Notes under the pieces: generated by a model | The model's database searches: none | Seen by the model: the letters and a program-made list of their open reading frames with translations, nothing else | Told to the model about the DNA's origin: nothing | Shown here: positions 11,186-24,907 of the stretch, one piece after another | How positions within the stretch are numbered: position 1 is the first letter of the stretch | Layout: every line of letters begins with the position of its first letter | Assembly: GCA_964016885.1 (NCBI GenBank) | Contig: OZ024745.1 | Span: forward strand, 110,980,001-111,044,000 | Reading direction: 5' to 3' | DNA: 64,000 nucleotides | From: Eledone cirrhosa | Lineage: Eukaryota | Made by a program: the position numbers and the translations under genes

Positions 11186-11526
11186 ATAAGAAGTTGACAG
11201 ACCCAGCATAGGTATCAATGCTAGGACCAGTTGCATCTCAGCGTACTCAATAGGTAATTAAAATACACTCCCAGAGTATACACACAGTTATACGCTTCAA
11301 TACAACACATGTAAACGGGTGCCTATAGTAGTTCCAGGACTCGAGTTTCGGCCACACTTAATGCATCAGTAGGGTGCACTGCACCCTCTGTCTGCTTATA
11401 TCATGCAACAATGCATAATCAGCGCATGTGGCTTCATCAGCGGGTATGGCCTAATCAATAACCAATCGCTCGACAAAATTCAACTCCAGTTTATGCCGGC
11501 TATGACTGCTTGTGACGACCAACCAC
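11186..11526 (-). mobile_element. Non-coding insert between (TA)n tracts with a damaged hammerhead motif (probable Penelope-like terminus)
   Basis: Minus strand CTGATG-cattaagtgtggcc-GAAA-CTCGAG-TC at 11338-11369; palindromic stem III ACTCGAGT, but A9 and the 5' strand of stem II are missing. Confidence 0.45.
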
Positions 11527-11534
11527 ATATATAC

Positions 11535-12445
<911 letters not shown>

Positions 12446-12539
12446 ATAATGAATATAATAATGAGAGGATGGGAATTGTGAGGATGATAATTAATATTGT
12501 GCAGCAGACTAATAGTAAATAAGTCTAATTATACTATGA

Positions 12540-13335
12540 TATGGTCCTGTAACTCCTGATAGAATCGTAGTAGCACCATATTGGCATGCAATGTCTCTTG
12601 GGCATTTTAAACCTGGTAGAGCCCATTCCTCTCCAGGCCTAGAGTACAGCAGAATTCTTCTAGAGAGAGGAAGAATTGACCCCAGTACTAGACTGGACTG
12701 GTACTTTTTTTATCGACCTTGAAAGGATGAAAGGTAAAGTTGACCGTGGCAGGATTTGAACTCAGAAAGCAGAGAGCTGGAATGAAAAGCATAAAGCATT
12801 CTATCCGATGTTCTAACTACTCTACCAATTCACCACCTAATTATACTATAGTAGGTACAATTTATGAAATATATTTTGGTGAGATACACAGATTTGTTAT
12901 GCATTCTCTCAATAGACATCGGATAGTACCAGATAAATAACATTAGGATTATTCCTTCACTTGAGGTTCTGCATAAAATAAATGGTATACACAGAAATCA
13001 TCTCTCTCACTTACCCTGTAAATTCTGATGGAATTGTAGGGGCGCTGTTGTGACATACACTATTTCTAGGGCATTTTATGTCTGGCAGAGCCTATCCTTC
13101 TCCAAGTCTGAATACAGCAGATTTCTTCCAAAGAAAGATAGAAAGTGAGAGAAAGAAAGTGCGAAAGGGGTATAGATGAAAAATCGATTCCAGTACTAAA
13201 CTGGCATTTTTTTTTATTGACCTCAAAATGATGAAAAGCAAAGTTTAAAGGATTTGAACTCAAAGTGTAGAGGACTGGAACAAATACTGCAAAATATCTA
13301 TATGACATTCTAACAACTCTGCCAATTTGTCGCCA
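12540..13335 (-). mobile_element. Two long-tail S1-related SINE copies (about 12540-12840 and 13010-13335)
   Basis: GGATTTGAACTC B-box on minus strand plus the tail shared with 5025-5360. Confidence 0.65.
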
Positions 13336-13489
13336 TACACAGGAATCAAGCTTGATAATAAAACATTTTATTTGCAAAATATATGATAATGGAATAGTGT
13401 TTAAAACGGTTTGCAAATGCGTGTGGAAAGTGCAGGGTTGAGAGGACCCTTTAATCTTGCTAAGAACATGAATCCTTTCTAGAATTGGT

Positions 13490-14972
13490 GTCACATTAAG
13501 AGAAAAAACATGAAAGTTAAAGGACCACGCAGCCAATAACTAATTCAGAGGTATGTTGCTTGATGCTTTTGACATTAAGGAAAAACAAATAGAGACATAC
13601 AATATAAAGGAGCAGTGGAAATTCCTGAAAAATAACCTACTGAAGGCAACAAATGCAATCTGTGGTTGGAGCAGGTCTCTAGGGAGGAGAGTGACTTGGT
13701 GGTGGAACAGTAGGGTGGAGAAGACACTTAAGGCCAAAAGAAAGACGTGGAATGAATGATGGGCTGGGGATGTAGAGAACACTACTAGGAGATGTGGGGA
13801 GAACCTAGACGACAAATGTACTTTGCAAGAAGGGAAGCAGAAAATAAAAAAAATTAAGCATGTTTTGCAGTGTGAGGATCAAAGGTGTGAAGTGTTCAAG
13901 GTTGTGAGGCAGTGTGTCAGGGAAAATTATGATGTTATTGGGGAGAAGTGTATCCATGATGATACTGAAGTACTTGCCCTCACTGATGCTAAAAAGAAGG
14001 TAGCATGGAAGTGCCACTATGAAAGACTACTAAATGAGGGGAATGAATTGAAAGAAAATACTTTGTCCCAAGTTGACCCAACAGGGGACTGGTTGTACAA
14101 ATCAGCAGTAGTATTGTAAATAAGGCAATCAAGGATATGATGACAGACAAAGCAGTAGAACCTATGAGGATAGTTGCCAAGATGCTGAAAGCATCTAGGA
14201 TGGTGGGTCATGCAATGGCCACCTGTATTGTAAACCAAGTAATGCAAAGTAGTGTCATACACAATGACTGGGGCAGTAGCATCATCATCAACTTCAACAA
14301 GGGTAAAGGAGATGCTTTAGACAGAGAAAACTATAGAGGCATTAAGCTGGCTGACCAGGTCATAAAGGTCACAGAAAAAGTGATAGAGTAGCTGATTAGG
14401 GATGAAATGCAGTTATGATTTGCACCAGGTAAAATTTCCACAGATGCTCTCTTCCTTGCAGCAACTGCAGGAGAAGTACTTAGCTGTTACTCGGATGACC
14501 AAATTAGCAGTGGAGGAAGGTGTTCCAAATGTACAGTAGCCAGGGTAAGAAGGTTGAAGAATACATCTAATACACTTAACTCCTACCCTCCTTCCCCCTT
14601 CCATACACCTTCCAACCTTAACACTCCACCCACATCCTAATCACCCCACCCACATCCTAATCACCCCACCCTTCTCCTACATCTTTACTCCTCGGCACCA
14701 ATCCCCAGCCCACACTGTAAAGTGGACTTGATGGTGCCACAATAAAAGGCACCCAGTCAACACTGTAAAGTGGTCATGTAGGTGTCATGACAAAAAACAC
14801 CCACCACACTGTAAATATGGTTGGCATTAGGAAGGGCATCCAGCTGTAGAAACCATGCCAGAAGCAGTTCTGTATGAGCAAAACAGTTACATGACCTGAC
14901 TTGCCCCAAATGAGACAGCCCATATAACACATGCTAGCATGGAAAATAGATGTTAAATGATGATGATGATGA
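13490..14972 (+). pseudogene. Old RTE family A-related LINE with internal deletions
   Basis: TWWWNSRVE, AWKCHYERLL, DWGSSIIINFNKGKGDALDRENYRGIKL with stops and frameshifts; jumps at about 14490 to the GDQISSGG region; 3' UTR and (GAT)n tail. Confidence 0.88.
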
Positions 14973-14984
14973 TATATATATATA

Positions 14985-17325
14985 TCATCATCATCATCAT
15001 CATCATCGTTTAACATCTATCTTCCACGCTAGCATGGGTTTAGACGAGAATTGTCCCACGTGAGGCAAGATTGGTTGTCTTGCTCGTATAGGACTGTCTG
15101 GCGGGTTTTCTACGGCTGAATGCCCTTCCTAACACCAACCAGTTTTACAGTGTGGACTGGGAGGTTTTTACCGTGTTACCTACATGGCCACATTACAGCG
15201 TGGACTGTGTGTTTTTTTGTCGTGACACCTACACAACCTCATTTATTTAGGACTGGATGTTGTGGTACCAACATAACTTTACAGAGAAAGGGGTGGTGTA
15301 GATGGGGGTGGGGGTAGGGGTAGGGGGATGGGGGTGTATTTTTGGTTAGGAGGTGCCTACTGACTGCAGGTTTTGCTTTGTACTTAGGCAAGGCGGGTCT
15401 TCTGTATTACTGCGTAGCGCCAAAGATCTCGGTCCAGTGATATTGTCTTGGAGAGGTGTAAGTGTGTGAGGTCGGAATTTATCAAATCGTCCCATGTTTT
15501 TCTGGGTCTGCCTACTCCGTAACTTCCATCAATTTTGATCGCCCTGCGTTTTTTTTATACAACTGTCGTCTTTCATGCAAATCACGTGACCACATCAACG
15601 CAGTCTTCTCTCGAGTAAACAGCATCTGATCCCTCTTATTCCTAATTTTTCCCTTAGTTTATTTATGCTTTGCCGTTCATGTATATTACTATTATCCATC
15701 CAACGGAGCATGCAAGCTTCGTTCCTCTCCAGTCTGCGCAGAATCTCTGCACACAAGGCCCATATCGCACTGCCATGTAACATTGCTGTTTCTATGCAGG
15801 CATCATACAGTCTGCCTTTCATTTTTAGGGAGAAACCTTTAGCGGCCAATAGTGGCAGAAGCTCACTGAACTTTTTCCATCCTGTTCTGACTCTGGCTAC
15901 TGTACTTTCAGAGCACCCTCCACCACTGCTGATTTTGTCACCCAGGTAATGGAAGGTGTCCACTATTTCTATAGAACCATCAGGGAAATGGAAGGAGCTA
16001 GTCTCCTGTGTGCACTTGCTACTACTTATTGCACCAGAGCACCGGCCACATATAAAATCTATGTTCTTAGTTAGCTTACCTGTAATCCCACTACATCTTT
16101 TATGCACCCATACTTCACATTTGGGACATAACATGGAGTTTCTGCCTACTCCTTTCCTACACACTGAGCATGGCCATTTCCCAGAGGGGACAGTGCTCTA
16201 TTTTCCTTCCTACATACTAGAACTTTAGTCTTAGACAAGTTAATTTTCAGGCCTTTTGATTTTAGGCCATGCTTCCAAGTTTGGAATTTCTTCTCTATTT
16301 CAGCGATTGATTCAGTTATGAGCGTTAGATCATCTGCGTATAGAAGTTCTCATGGGCAGCCGGTCTTGAACTCTTCTGTTATAGTCTGAAGGGCAATAAT
16401 TAATAGGAGGAGGCTAAGGACAGAGCCCTGATGAACATCGACTTTTACACTAAATCCTTCACTATATTCATTGTTAATTCTAACCTTGCTGACTGTTTCT
16501 TTATACATGGCTTGTATAGCTCTCACAAGCCATTCATCTACACCTAGTTTTCTAAGAGCCCACCAGATAATGCAGTGGCGGACTCTGTCAAAGGCTTTCT
16601 CCAGGTCAACAAAAGCTAAGTATAGGGGTTTACTTTTAGCCAGGTACTTCTCCTGTAGTTGTCGTACAAGGAAAAGGGCGTCTGTGGTACTTTTACCTGA
16701 CACAAACCCAAATTGCATTTCATCTAGATCATTTCGCTCTCTGATTATTTGCGTTATAACTTTTTCTGTGACTTTCATGACTGGTCAATTAATTTAATGC
16801 CTCTATAGTTCCCCCTATCTAGGGCATCTCCTTTACCCTTGTAGCAGTTAATGATGATGCTGCTTGCCAGTCATTTGGTATGACCCCATTCTGTATGACT
16901 TGGTTTACTATCTGGGAGACCATAGTGAGTCCCACTGATCCAGATGCTTTCAGCATTTCAGCAACTATCTCCGAAGGCCCAGCTGCCTTGCTGTCTTCAT
17001 ATCTTTGATTGCCTTACTTATTATACTACCTTCAACTTGCACTGCTGGTCCCTCTATTGGATCGATTTGGGGCAGACTATCTTTTTCCCAGTTATTCTCC
17101 TTATTTAGTAGCCTCTCGTAGTGACACTTCCAAGCTACCTTCTTATCAGTATCAGTGGTGGCAAGTACACCATCATCATTAAGGACACACTTCTCCCCGA
17201 CATATCATGGTTTTCCTTGACACATTGTCTAACAATCCTGAACACCTCACGTTTTTGGTCCTCGCGTTGTAGAACATGCTTGAACTTTCTTTCCTTTGCT
17301 TCCCTTCTTCCAAGGTACACTTGTA
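14985..17325 (-). pseudogene. 5'-truncated, frameshifted RTE family A LINE (same subfamily as 20175-22822)
   Basis: Minus ORFs 16350-16778 (MQFGFVSGKSTTDALF..AFVDLEKAFDRV) and 15595-16164 (PHD and thumb); (ATC)n tail at 14985-15007. Confidence 0.95.
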
Positions 17326-17326
17326 T

Positions 17327-17357
<31 letters not shown>

Positions 17358-17421
17358 TTATCATAATAATTATCATAATAATAAAAAGGCCAATTTGTTA
17401 TGTCTTGTTATGTCTTCATTT

Positions 17422-17461
<40 letters not shown>

Positions 17462-17466
<5 letters not shown>

Positions 17467-17590
17467 AAATGTATGACCCCAACGGCAGAGCTCAAGCCGT
17501 TTCGACAGCTATTTCTGGACTAAATAGTTTAGTCCAGAAATAGCTGTCGAAATGGCTTGAGCTCTGCCGTCGGGATCATACATTTTCCTA
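17462..17590. repeat. Near-perfect 63-bp-arm palindrome at the end of an interspersed repeat
   Basis: Arms 17462-17524 and 17528-17590, loop TAG; the adjacent CCCACTCTACTACACTAAGTATTGAGTACT..GGTGCGTTATGGTCCA recurs at about 42650-42715 (-) and partly at 61220-61260 (+). Confidence 0.9.
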
Positions 17591-18288
17591 TTACCCACTC
17601 TACTACACTAAGTATTGAGTACTTTGGTGCGTTATGGTCCATCTGGTTCCTTACCACAACTCCTTCGTTTTATATATATATATATAAATATATATAAATA
17701 TATATGAGATACAACCAGTACTGGCATTGATAAATATGCTGGGTCCGTCAACTCCTTATTATATTATGTATATATATATATACACACACACACACACATA
17801 TATATTTACAACTATATATATATTGTGTGTGTGTATGTGTGAGTGTGTGTGTGTATGTATACATTTCTCAAATTTTATTGTAATTTCTGAAAGATTTTCA
17901 AATTTAATCGCATATTTTTTTACTTTCCTGTTTAAAAAGAAAATAACTGAGAATAATTTTCTAATATTTTTATCTGCACACTCTTCTTTCTAACGTTACT
18001 CTTTACCGAGAAAGATGGTTACTATATAAAGCATCTTATTTTAGTAACAGTTTGACTCACAAGACTGGTTTTTAATTTCTTGTCACTAATAATAATATCC
18101 AACTTTATCTGAAAGTTGATCCTAGTTTAAATAGCATGCTAGTAAAATGAGTTGCACCTAATAATTTGTATATAAATACTATTAAAGTGAATAAATAATT
18201 ACTGAATGAGACAAAAGTTGTTGATCTCTTTTTCCTTCTATTTTTTTTTTCTTCTTCTCTCGCATGTTATTTATTTTTCGCAAAATAG

Positions 18289-18468
18289 TTGTTTAATGTT
18301 AGAAGGAAGCAAATGTCAACTGACCAACAGAATGAGGTATATTATAATGAAGAAGAGATTTTTAACTGGTCTCTAAAGGAAATAAGCACAATTATTTCCT
18401 CACAGAAGAGACACATCAGTGGCAATATCAGGACAAGCTTAAACGATGGAGCCAGTGTGACTGAAAAG
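18289..18468 (+). CDS. Candidate host-gene internal exon (180 nt, phase 0-0), unknown protein
   Basis: Long pyrimidine tract ending AAATAG, open frame LFNVRRKQ...DGASVTEK, donor AAG/GTCAGC; non-repetitive; no recognisable homology. Confidence 0.4.
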
Positions 18469-18951
18469 GTCAGCCACATACTTTGAATTAATGCAACATA
18501 GAGTTAAGCATTTCGTTGAGTGCTTTATTTTAAGAGTCTAGCATTTTAGATAAAGCACACAGTGCAGTTACTATTAACAGAAATAATAATGTCTGTTTAT
18601 GTAATTCTGGCTTGACAAGATGCTATTTGATCGGAACTGACTACTAAGGACTTGATACTACCATTTTGGCTTGATCTTTTAGGGCAGCATAAGCCACAGT
18701 TAACTGTAGCAACTCAGCATGAAGTTGATGCATTTTAAAAGCAATAGCGTAATCAACAGACAATCAGTAATTATATCTTTTGGCTTTTCTTTTGTTTCAA
18801 CTTGTTTTTTTATTTTTTATATTTTATATGAAGCAAACATTTGTAGTGAGAAAACATCACCCCACTGAGAAGATGAAAATAACTACTTTAATGTCTTTCC
18901 CGGCATCTTAGAGCAGTGGAAGAATATGTCATGGATCTCTAACTCTGTCTG

Positions 18952-18953
<2 letters not shown>

Positions 18954-19031
<78 letters not shown>

Positions 19032-19110
19032 TCTCTCTCTCTCACTTTCTTACACACTCTCTCTCTAGCTCTCTTTCTCCCCACTTTCTTTCTCTCTCTC
19101 TCTCTCTTCT
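18954..19110. repeat. (CT)n microsatellite
   Basis: Direct reading. Confidence 0.97.
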
Positions 19111-20127
19111 TGGTATTAGAGGAATAGATAGGATTATAGCTATAATATGGACAGAGAATGGTCGAATGGTTAAGAAGTTTGCTTTGCAGTCACAAGATCC
19201 CAGGTTCAACTCTACTGCAAGGCATTTTGAACACATATTTTTCTCTCCATAACCTTGAGTTAATCTAAGACTGATGAGTGAAACTGAGGAGACAGAAACT
19301 GTATAAAATCTTGTTGAGTGAACTCTTCCTGTAATTAAAAGGTCCTGACACATTGAGTCCCTTTAGCATTTAAATTGGCCATATCCAGCCAGAATTCTCT
19401 CACCTCTTTCTGTTCAAACCAGTTGCAACCTGCCACTCATACTGATGTTAAGGTATTTTTCTGAAAATAAATGATATTAAAATCACATACATTCGATATT
19501 ATTTGAGATAATTGTGTGAGGTAAAGCTTTTACCGTGAAAGTATAATAGTAAAAATAATGGTATATATAGAGTAATGTAAATACTAAAGTGTTAAATCAT
19601 ACAAAAACCCACTGCACAAGCTTATACTAGAATATTTCAAAACAGACCTATTGGAAGTTATCTGTAATAGGAAATAAGTGCAGGAATAATTTCTTAATAG
19701 GTCTCAGTTCCGAAATCGAGAACCATAGAAAAACAAAAGGTATTTTGTCCATGTAGCTCAAAAGTCATTTAAGATCTCACACTAAGAAAGAGAAATTATA
19801 GGTTCAAGAAAGAGGAGCAGTAACAACATTTCTGAAGGGAGGGGTGGGGGGGCAAATTTGGTCAATTTAGTTGTAGTGATTAGTTTAGCTGTTATTATCA
19901 AATATTAACTAAGATTTTAAAAAACTTCAAATTTAAACATGTGTACATAAATTGTAGCGCATATACATATAGATGTGTGTTTTGGTAGTTTGTGGGGGAA
20001 AATATAATTATTGGAGGGGACCGTGCCCCCTCCCCAAGTTCCATCACCCCTAAGAAGAGGTCAAGCACCATGTATATATGTATGTAGTCAGTGTATCTGT
20101 GTGTGTATGCATTTTTGTATGTATGTG

Positions 20128-20164
<37 letters not shown>

Positions 20165-20174
20165 TAATATATAT

Positions 20175-22822
20175 AAATATGGAAGCTAAAGGACCCCACA
20201 GCCAGAAATAAATTTAAAAGCATATTACTTGATGCTTTCGACAGTAAGGAAGAGCATTTAGAGTCGTACAATATAGAGGAACAGTGGGAACTCCTGAAAG
20301 CAAACCTGCTGATGGCGGCAGATGAAGTCTGTGGTTGGAGCAGGCCTATAGGCAGGAGGAGAGTAACATGGTGGTGGAACAGTAAGGTGGAGGAGTCAAT
20401 TTAGTCCAAAAAGCAGGCTTGGAAAGTATGGCGGGATGGGGGAAATAGAGAAGACTATCAAGTGGCCAGGAGGGAAGCTTGGAGACAAGTGTACTTCGCA
20501 AGAAGGGAAGCAGAGGAAAGAAAGTTCAAGCATGTTCTACAACGCGAGGACCAAAAACGTGAGGTGTTCAGGATTGCTAGGCAATGTGTCAAGGAAAACC
20601 ATGATATTGTCAAGGAGAAGTGTGTCCTTAATGATGATGGTGTACTTGCCATCACTGACGCTGATAAGAAGGTAGCTTGGAAGTGTCACTACGAAAGGCT
20701 ACTAAATGAGGAGAATAAATGGGAGAAAGACAGTCTCCCCCACATCGACCCAATAGAGGGACCAGCAGTGTTAGTCGAAGGTAGTATAATAAGTAAGGCA
20801 ATCAAAGATATGAAGACTGGTAAGGTGGCTGGGCCTTTGGAAATAGTTGCTGAAATGCTGAAAGCTTCTGGAATGGTGGGACACACCATGGTCACCCGGA
20901 TAGTAAACCAAGTCATACAGAATGGGGTTGTTCCGAAGGACTGGCGTAGCAGCATCATCATTAACTGCTACAAGGGTAAAGGAGATACCCTAGATAGGAG
21001 TAACTATAGAGGCATTAAATTAATCGACCAGGTCATGAAGGTCACAGAAAAAGTAATAGCGCAACTAATCAGAGAGAGAATTGATCTAGATGAAATGCAG
21101 TTCGGGTTTGTGTCAGGTAAAAGTACCACATATGCTCTTTTCATTGTACGACAACTACAGGAGAAGTACCTAGCTAAAAGTAAACCCCTATACTTAGCTT
21201 TTGTCGACTTGGAGAAAGCCTTTGACAGAGTCCCCCGTTCCATTATCTGGTGGGCTCTTAGAAAACTAGGTGTTGATGAATGGCTTGTGAGAGCTATACA
21301 AGCCATGTATAAAGAAACAGTCAGCAAGGTTAGAATTAACAACGAATATAGTGAAGAGTTTAGCGTAAAAGTTGGTGTACACCAGGGCTCCGTTCTTAGC
21401 CCCCTACTATTTATTATTGCCCTTCAGGCTATAACAGTGGAGTTCAAGACCGGCTGCCCATGGGAACTCCTATACGCAGATGATCTAACGCTCATAGCTG
21501 AATCAATGGCCGAACTAGAGAAGAAATTCCAAACATGGAAGCATGGCCTAGAATCAAAAGACCTTAAAATTAACCTGTCTAAGACTAAAGTTCTAGTTTG
21601 TAGGAAGGAAAATAGAGCACCGGTCCCATCCGGGAAATGGCCATGCTCAGTATGTAGGAAAGGAGTAGATAGAAACTCCATTTTATGTCCCAAATGCAAA
21701 GTATGGGTGCATAAAAGATGTAGTGGGATCACAGGTAAGCTAACTAAGAACATAGATTTTATATGTGGCCGGTGCTCTGGTGCAATAAGTAGCAGCAAGT
21801 GCCCACAGAATACTAGCTCATTCCATTGCACAGATGGTTCTATAGAAATAGTGGACACCATTCGTTACCTGGGTGACAAAATCAGCAGTGCGGGAGGGTG
21901 CTCTGAAAGTACAGTAGCTAGAGTCAGAACTGGATGGAAAAAGTTCAGAGAGCTTATACCACTATTGGCCGCTAAAGGATTCTCTCTAAAAATGAAAGGC
22001 AGGCTGTATGATGCCTGCATACGAACAGCAATGTTACATGGCAGTGAGACCTGGGCATTGTGTGCAAAGGATATATGCAGACTGGAGAGGAACGAAGCTT
22101 GCATGCTCCGCTGGATGTGTAATAGTAATATACGTGAACGGCAAAGCATAAACGAACTAAGGGAAAAATTAGAAATAAGAGGGATCAGATGTTGTTTACT
22201 CGAGAGAAGACTATGTTGGTATGGTCACATGATGCGCATGAAAGACGACAGCTGTATAAAAAAGTACAGGGCAATAAAAATAGACGGTAGCCACGGAGTA
22301 GGCAGACCCAGAAAAACTTAGGACGACTTGATAAATTCCGACCTCACACACTTACACCTCTCCAAGACAATGTCACTGGACCGAGATCTTTGGCGCTACA
22401 CAGTAATAAAGAAGACCTGCCTTACCTAAGTACAAAGTGAAACCTACTACAGTCAGTAGGCACCTCTAACAAAATACACCCCCGTCCCACTACCCACACC
22501 CTATCCACACCACCCCTTTCAATGTAAAGTTATGTTGGTACCACAACATCCAGTCCGAAACAAATGAGGTCGTGTAGGTGTCACGACAAAAAAAACACAC
22601 AGTCCACGCTGTAATGTGGCCGTGTAGGTAACACGGTAAAAACCTCCCAGTCCACACTGTAAATGTGGTTGGTGTTAGGAAGGGCATCCAGCCGTAGAAA
22701 ACCCGCCAGACAGTCCTATGCGAGCAAGACAACCAATCTTGCCTCAAGTGGGAAAACTCTCGTCCAAACCCATGCAAGTGTGGAATATGTACGTTAAATG
22801 ATGATGATGATGATGATGATGA
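20175..22822 (+). mobile_element. 5'-truncated RTE family A LINE (longest copy) with 3' UTR and (GAT)n tail
   Basis: Begins after a TA tract in the EN-RT linker (TWWWNSKVEE), full RT, 3' UTR repeats, (GAT)n at about 22799-22822. Confidence 0.96.
20462..22321 (+). pseudogene. RTE reverse transcriptase (619 aa open segment) with inserted PHD finger; premature stop, no endonuclease
   Basis: YKGKGD..NYRGIKL, QFGF, AFVDLEKAFD, QGSVLSP, YADD, YLG; TAG at 22319-22321 replaces the Trp of GRP.KTW seen in sister copies; another stop near 20402. Confidence 0.92.
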
Positions 22823-23679
22823 TATTAAATGAATGCATTTATGTATATGCATATATGTATATAACAAATTATAAATAACATTAGAATAATTATGCTTCTG
22901 TTAGTAAGTAATTAAAATTCTTCTATAGATAATGTTTTTGCACTCTTTCTAATATGAACTAAAATATCTATAAGATCATGCGTATATTTGTTTATATTTG
23001 AAAATAAACTGATGGAAACTGTCTTAGCTTATATACAAAGTTAATACTTTACTTTAAACAATCTACATATTTAGCTCATTTGTCTTATAAACCAAATCAA
23101 AATTTTACTTAAGAAATTACCAGGTGATTATAAATTTAAAAAATTAAAAATTAATAAATAAATAAATAAATTGAAATATAATTAAACAAAAAAAATAGAA
23201 AAATAAAGTCTATCTAAAACGAGGCTAATGATCTAACCAGCTAACTGTGCATTGAACCTAACATGGCAGCCATTTGGGTAATTCAACCAATCAATTAAAT
23301 ACTCACCCTACTAAACAGCTAACCAACCAACAAAGCCAAACAAACCAGTAATCAAAGAAACAGATAAAAATAGAGAAAGAAAGTCAATGAATATGGACCC
23401 CCCCCCCCCCTCCTCTCCAATCCCATCTCCTCTCTAATTAAATGTCTTTGATCAAGTGTCAGTCATAGGCAATTTCACAAATTGTCATAATCATTAAGTT
23501 GTAAGGTTCAACAATCATTCCATGAAGATAACATACAGAATTATTTGCATAAATATCAGACAACAGATTCATACTGCATTTCTCACTAGTCATGCACACA
23601 CACACATACTTGTATGTGTGTGTGTGTATAAATATATATATTTACACACACACATACACATACATGCACACACACACAA

Positions 23680-23712
<33 letters not shown>

Positions 23713-23755
23713 CACACATATATATATCATTATCATCCTTTTTCCCTGTGTGCAA

Positions 23756-23813
<58 letters not shown>

Positions 23814-23827
23814 ATATATCTATCTAT

Positions 23828-24795
23828 CTAGGGCGGGTAAAATTCCCGAGATCCATAGACGAGTTCTCTCCAGCGGTCTCTGTCCCTCATTATAGCTACC
23901 ATGTCCTGTGTCTCCAACAGACCAGGACATCAACATATGTTAACTTTGGTCTTCGTCTTCCAGTGTGTCCATGCAGGGGCTCCCACGGCAGCACTGAGTG
24001 CAGTGTCAACTCTGAATGTCAGTGAGCATGTCCAGCTAACCTCAGTCTCCTCTGTGTCACTTTTGAGCTGACGTTTGGGAGGCTCCTGTACAGCTCTGAG
24101 TTCTTCATCCTCAGTGTATACTGATTAATGTTCAGAGCCATCTTCAGCATTCTCGTGTAGCACCCACCCACCATCTGAGTGAGTTTCTTGGTCAGTGTCC
24201 AAGTCTCAGACCCGTACAGCAGCACAGACTCCACTACAGCAATAAAGAGGCAGATCTTCAGGTTTTTACGAAGGTCCCACTTCCACACCAATCTCAAGCT
24301 GTGGCACGCCGCCCAGGCTTTGCTCTTCCTCTTGACCACATCATCTTCCGTATTCCCAATCTTTGCTCCCAAATACAGGAAGTCCTCAACCAATTCTAGC
24401 GGCTTCCCGCCTACATTAGTAATCTTCTCTGGCTTCTTAATATTCTCTACCAAATATTTTGTCTTAATCTCATTTATTCTCAGCCCCACACCCATCGACA
24501 CAGTCTCCACCTTTTGCATCAAATTCTCTGCCTCCTTCACTGTGTTTGTCACCAAAACTATGTCGTCGGCAAATTCAGCATCTGATATCTTTTTTGTCTT
24601 AACTCTCCTGCTCTGAGCCGGTGCTACAGTAAAGCCAGAGTCCTGGTGTTTCTCCAGTGCAAGGCGCATACAATAGTCCACTATGATGATAAAAAGGTAG
24701 GGAGCCAATGTATCTCCCTGGAGCAGTCCAGCCAGTATCTCAAAGAACTCTATCATCCCATCAGGTGTAATAACTTGGGCTTTGGTGTTGGTTAG
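23828..24795 (-). pseudogene. 5'-truncated RTE-like LINE family B (RT C-terminal half, no PHD insert)
   Basis: GLLQGDTLAPYLFIIIVD, FADDIVL, DFLYLG, LLYGSETW, RRLRLAGH; internal TGA at 24019 where the copy at 41825 has Arg. Confidence 0.92.
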
Positions 24796-24907
24796 AGCAG
24801 TGATATCAGTGATATATATGTCCTTCTCTCTCTATCCCTCTCTCTGTCTATATATATATATCATCATCATCATCATCATCATCATTTTACGTCCACTTTT
24901 CCCTGCT

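Noticed and set aside
20462-22321. RT as retron, DGR or group II intron
   Set aside because: Motifs, 5' truncation, 3' UTR and simple-repeat tails are those of RTE LINEs.
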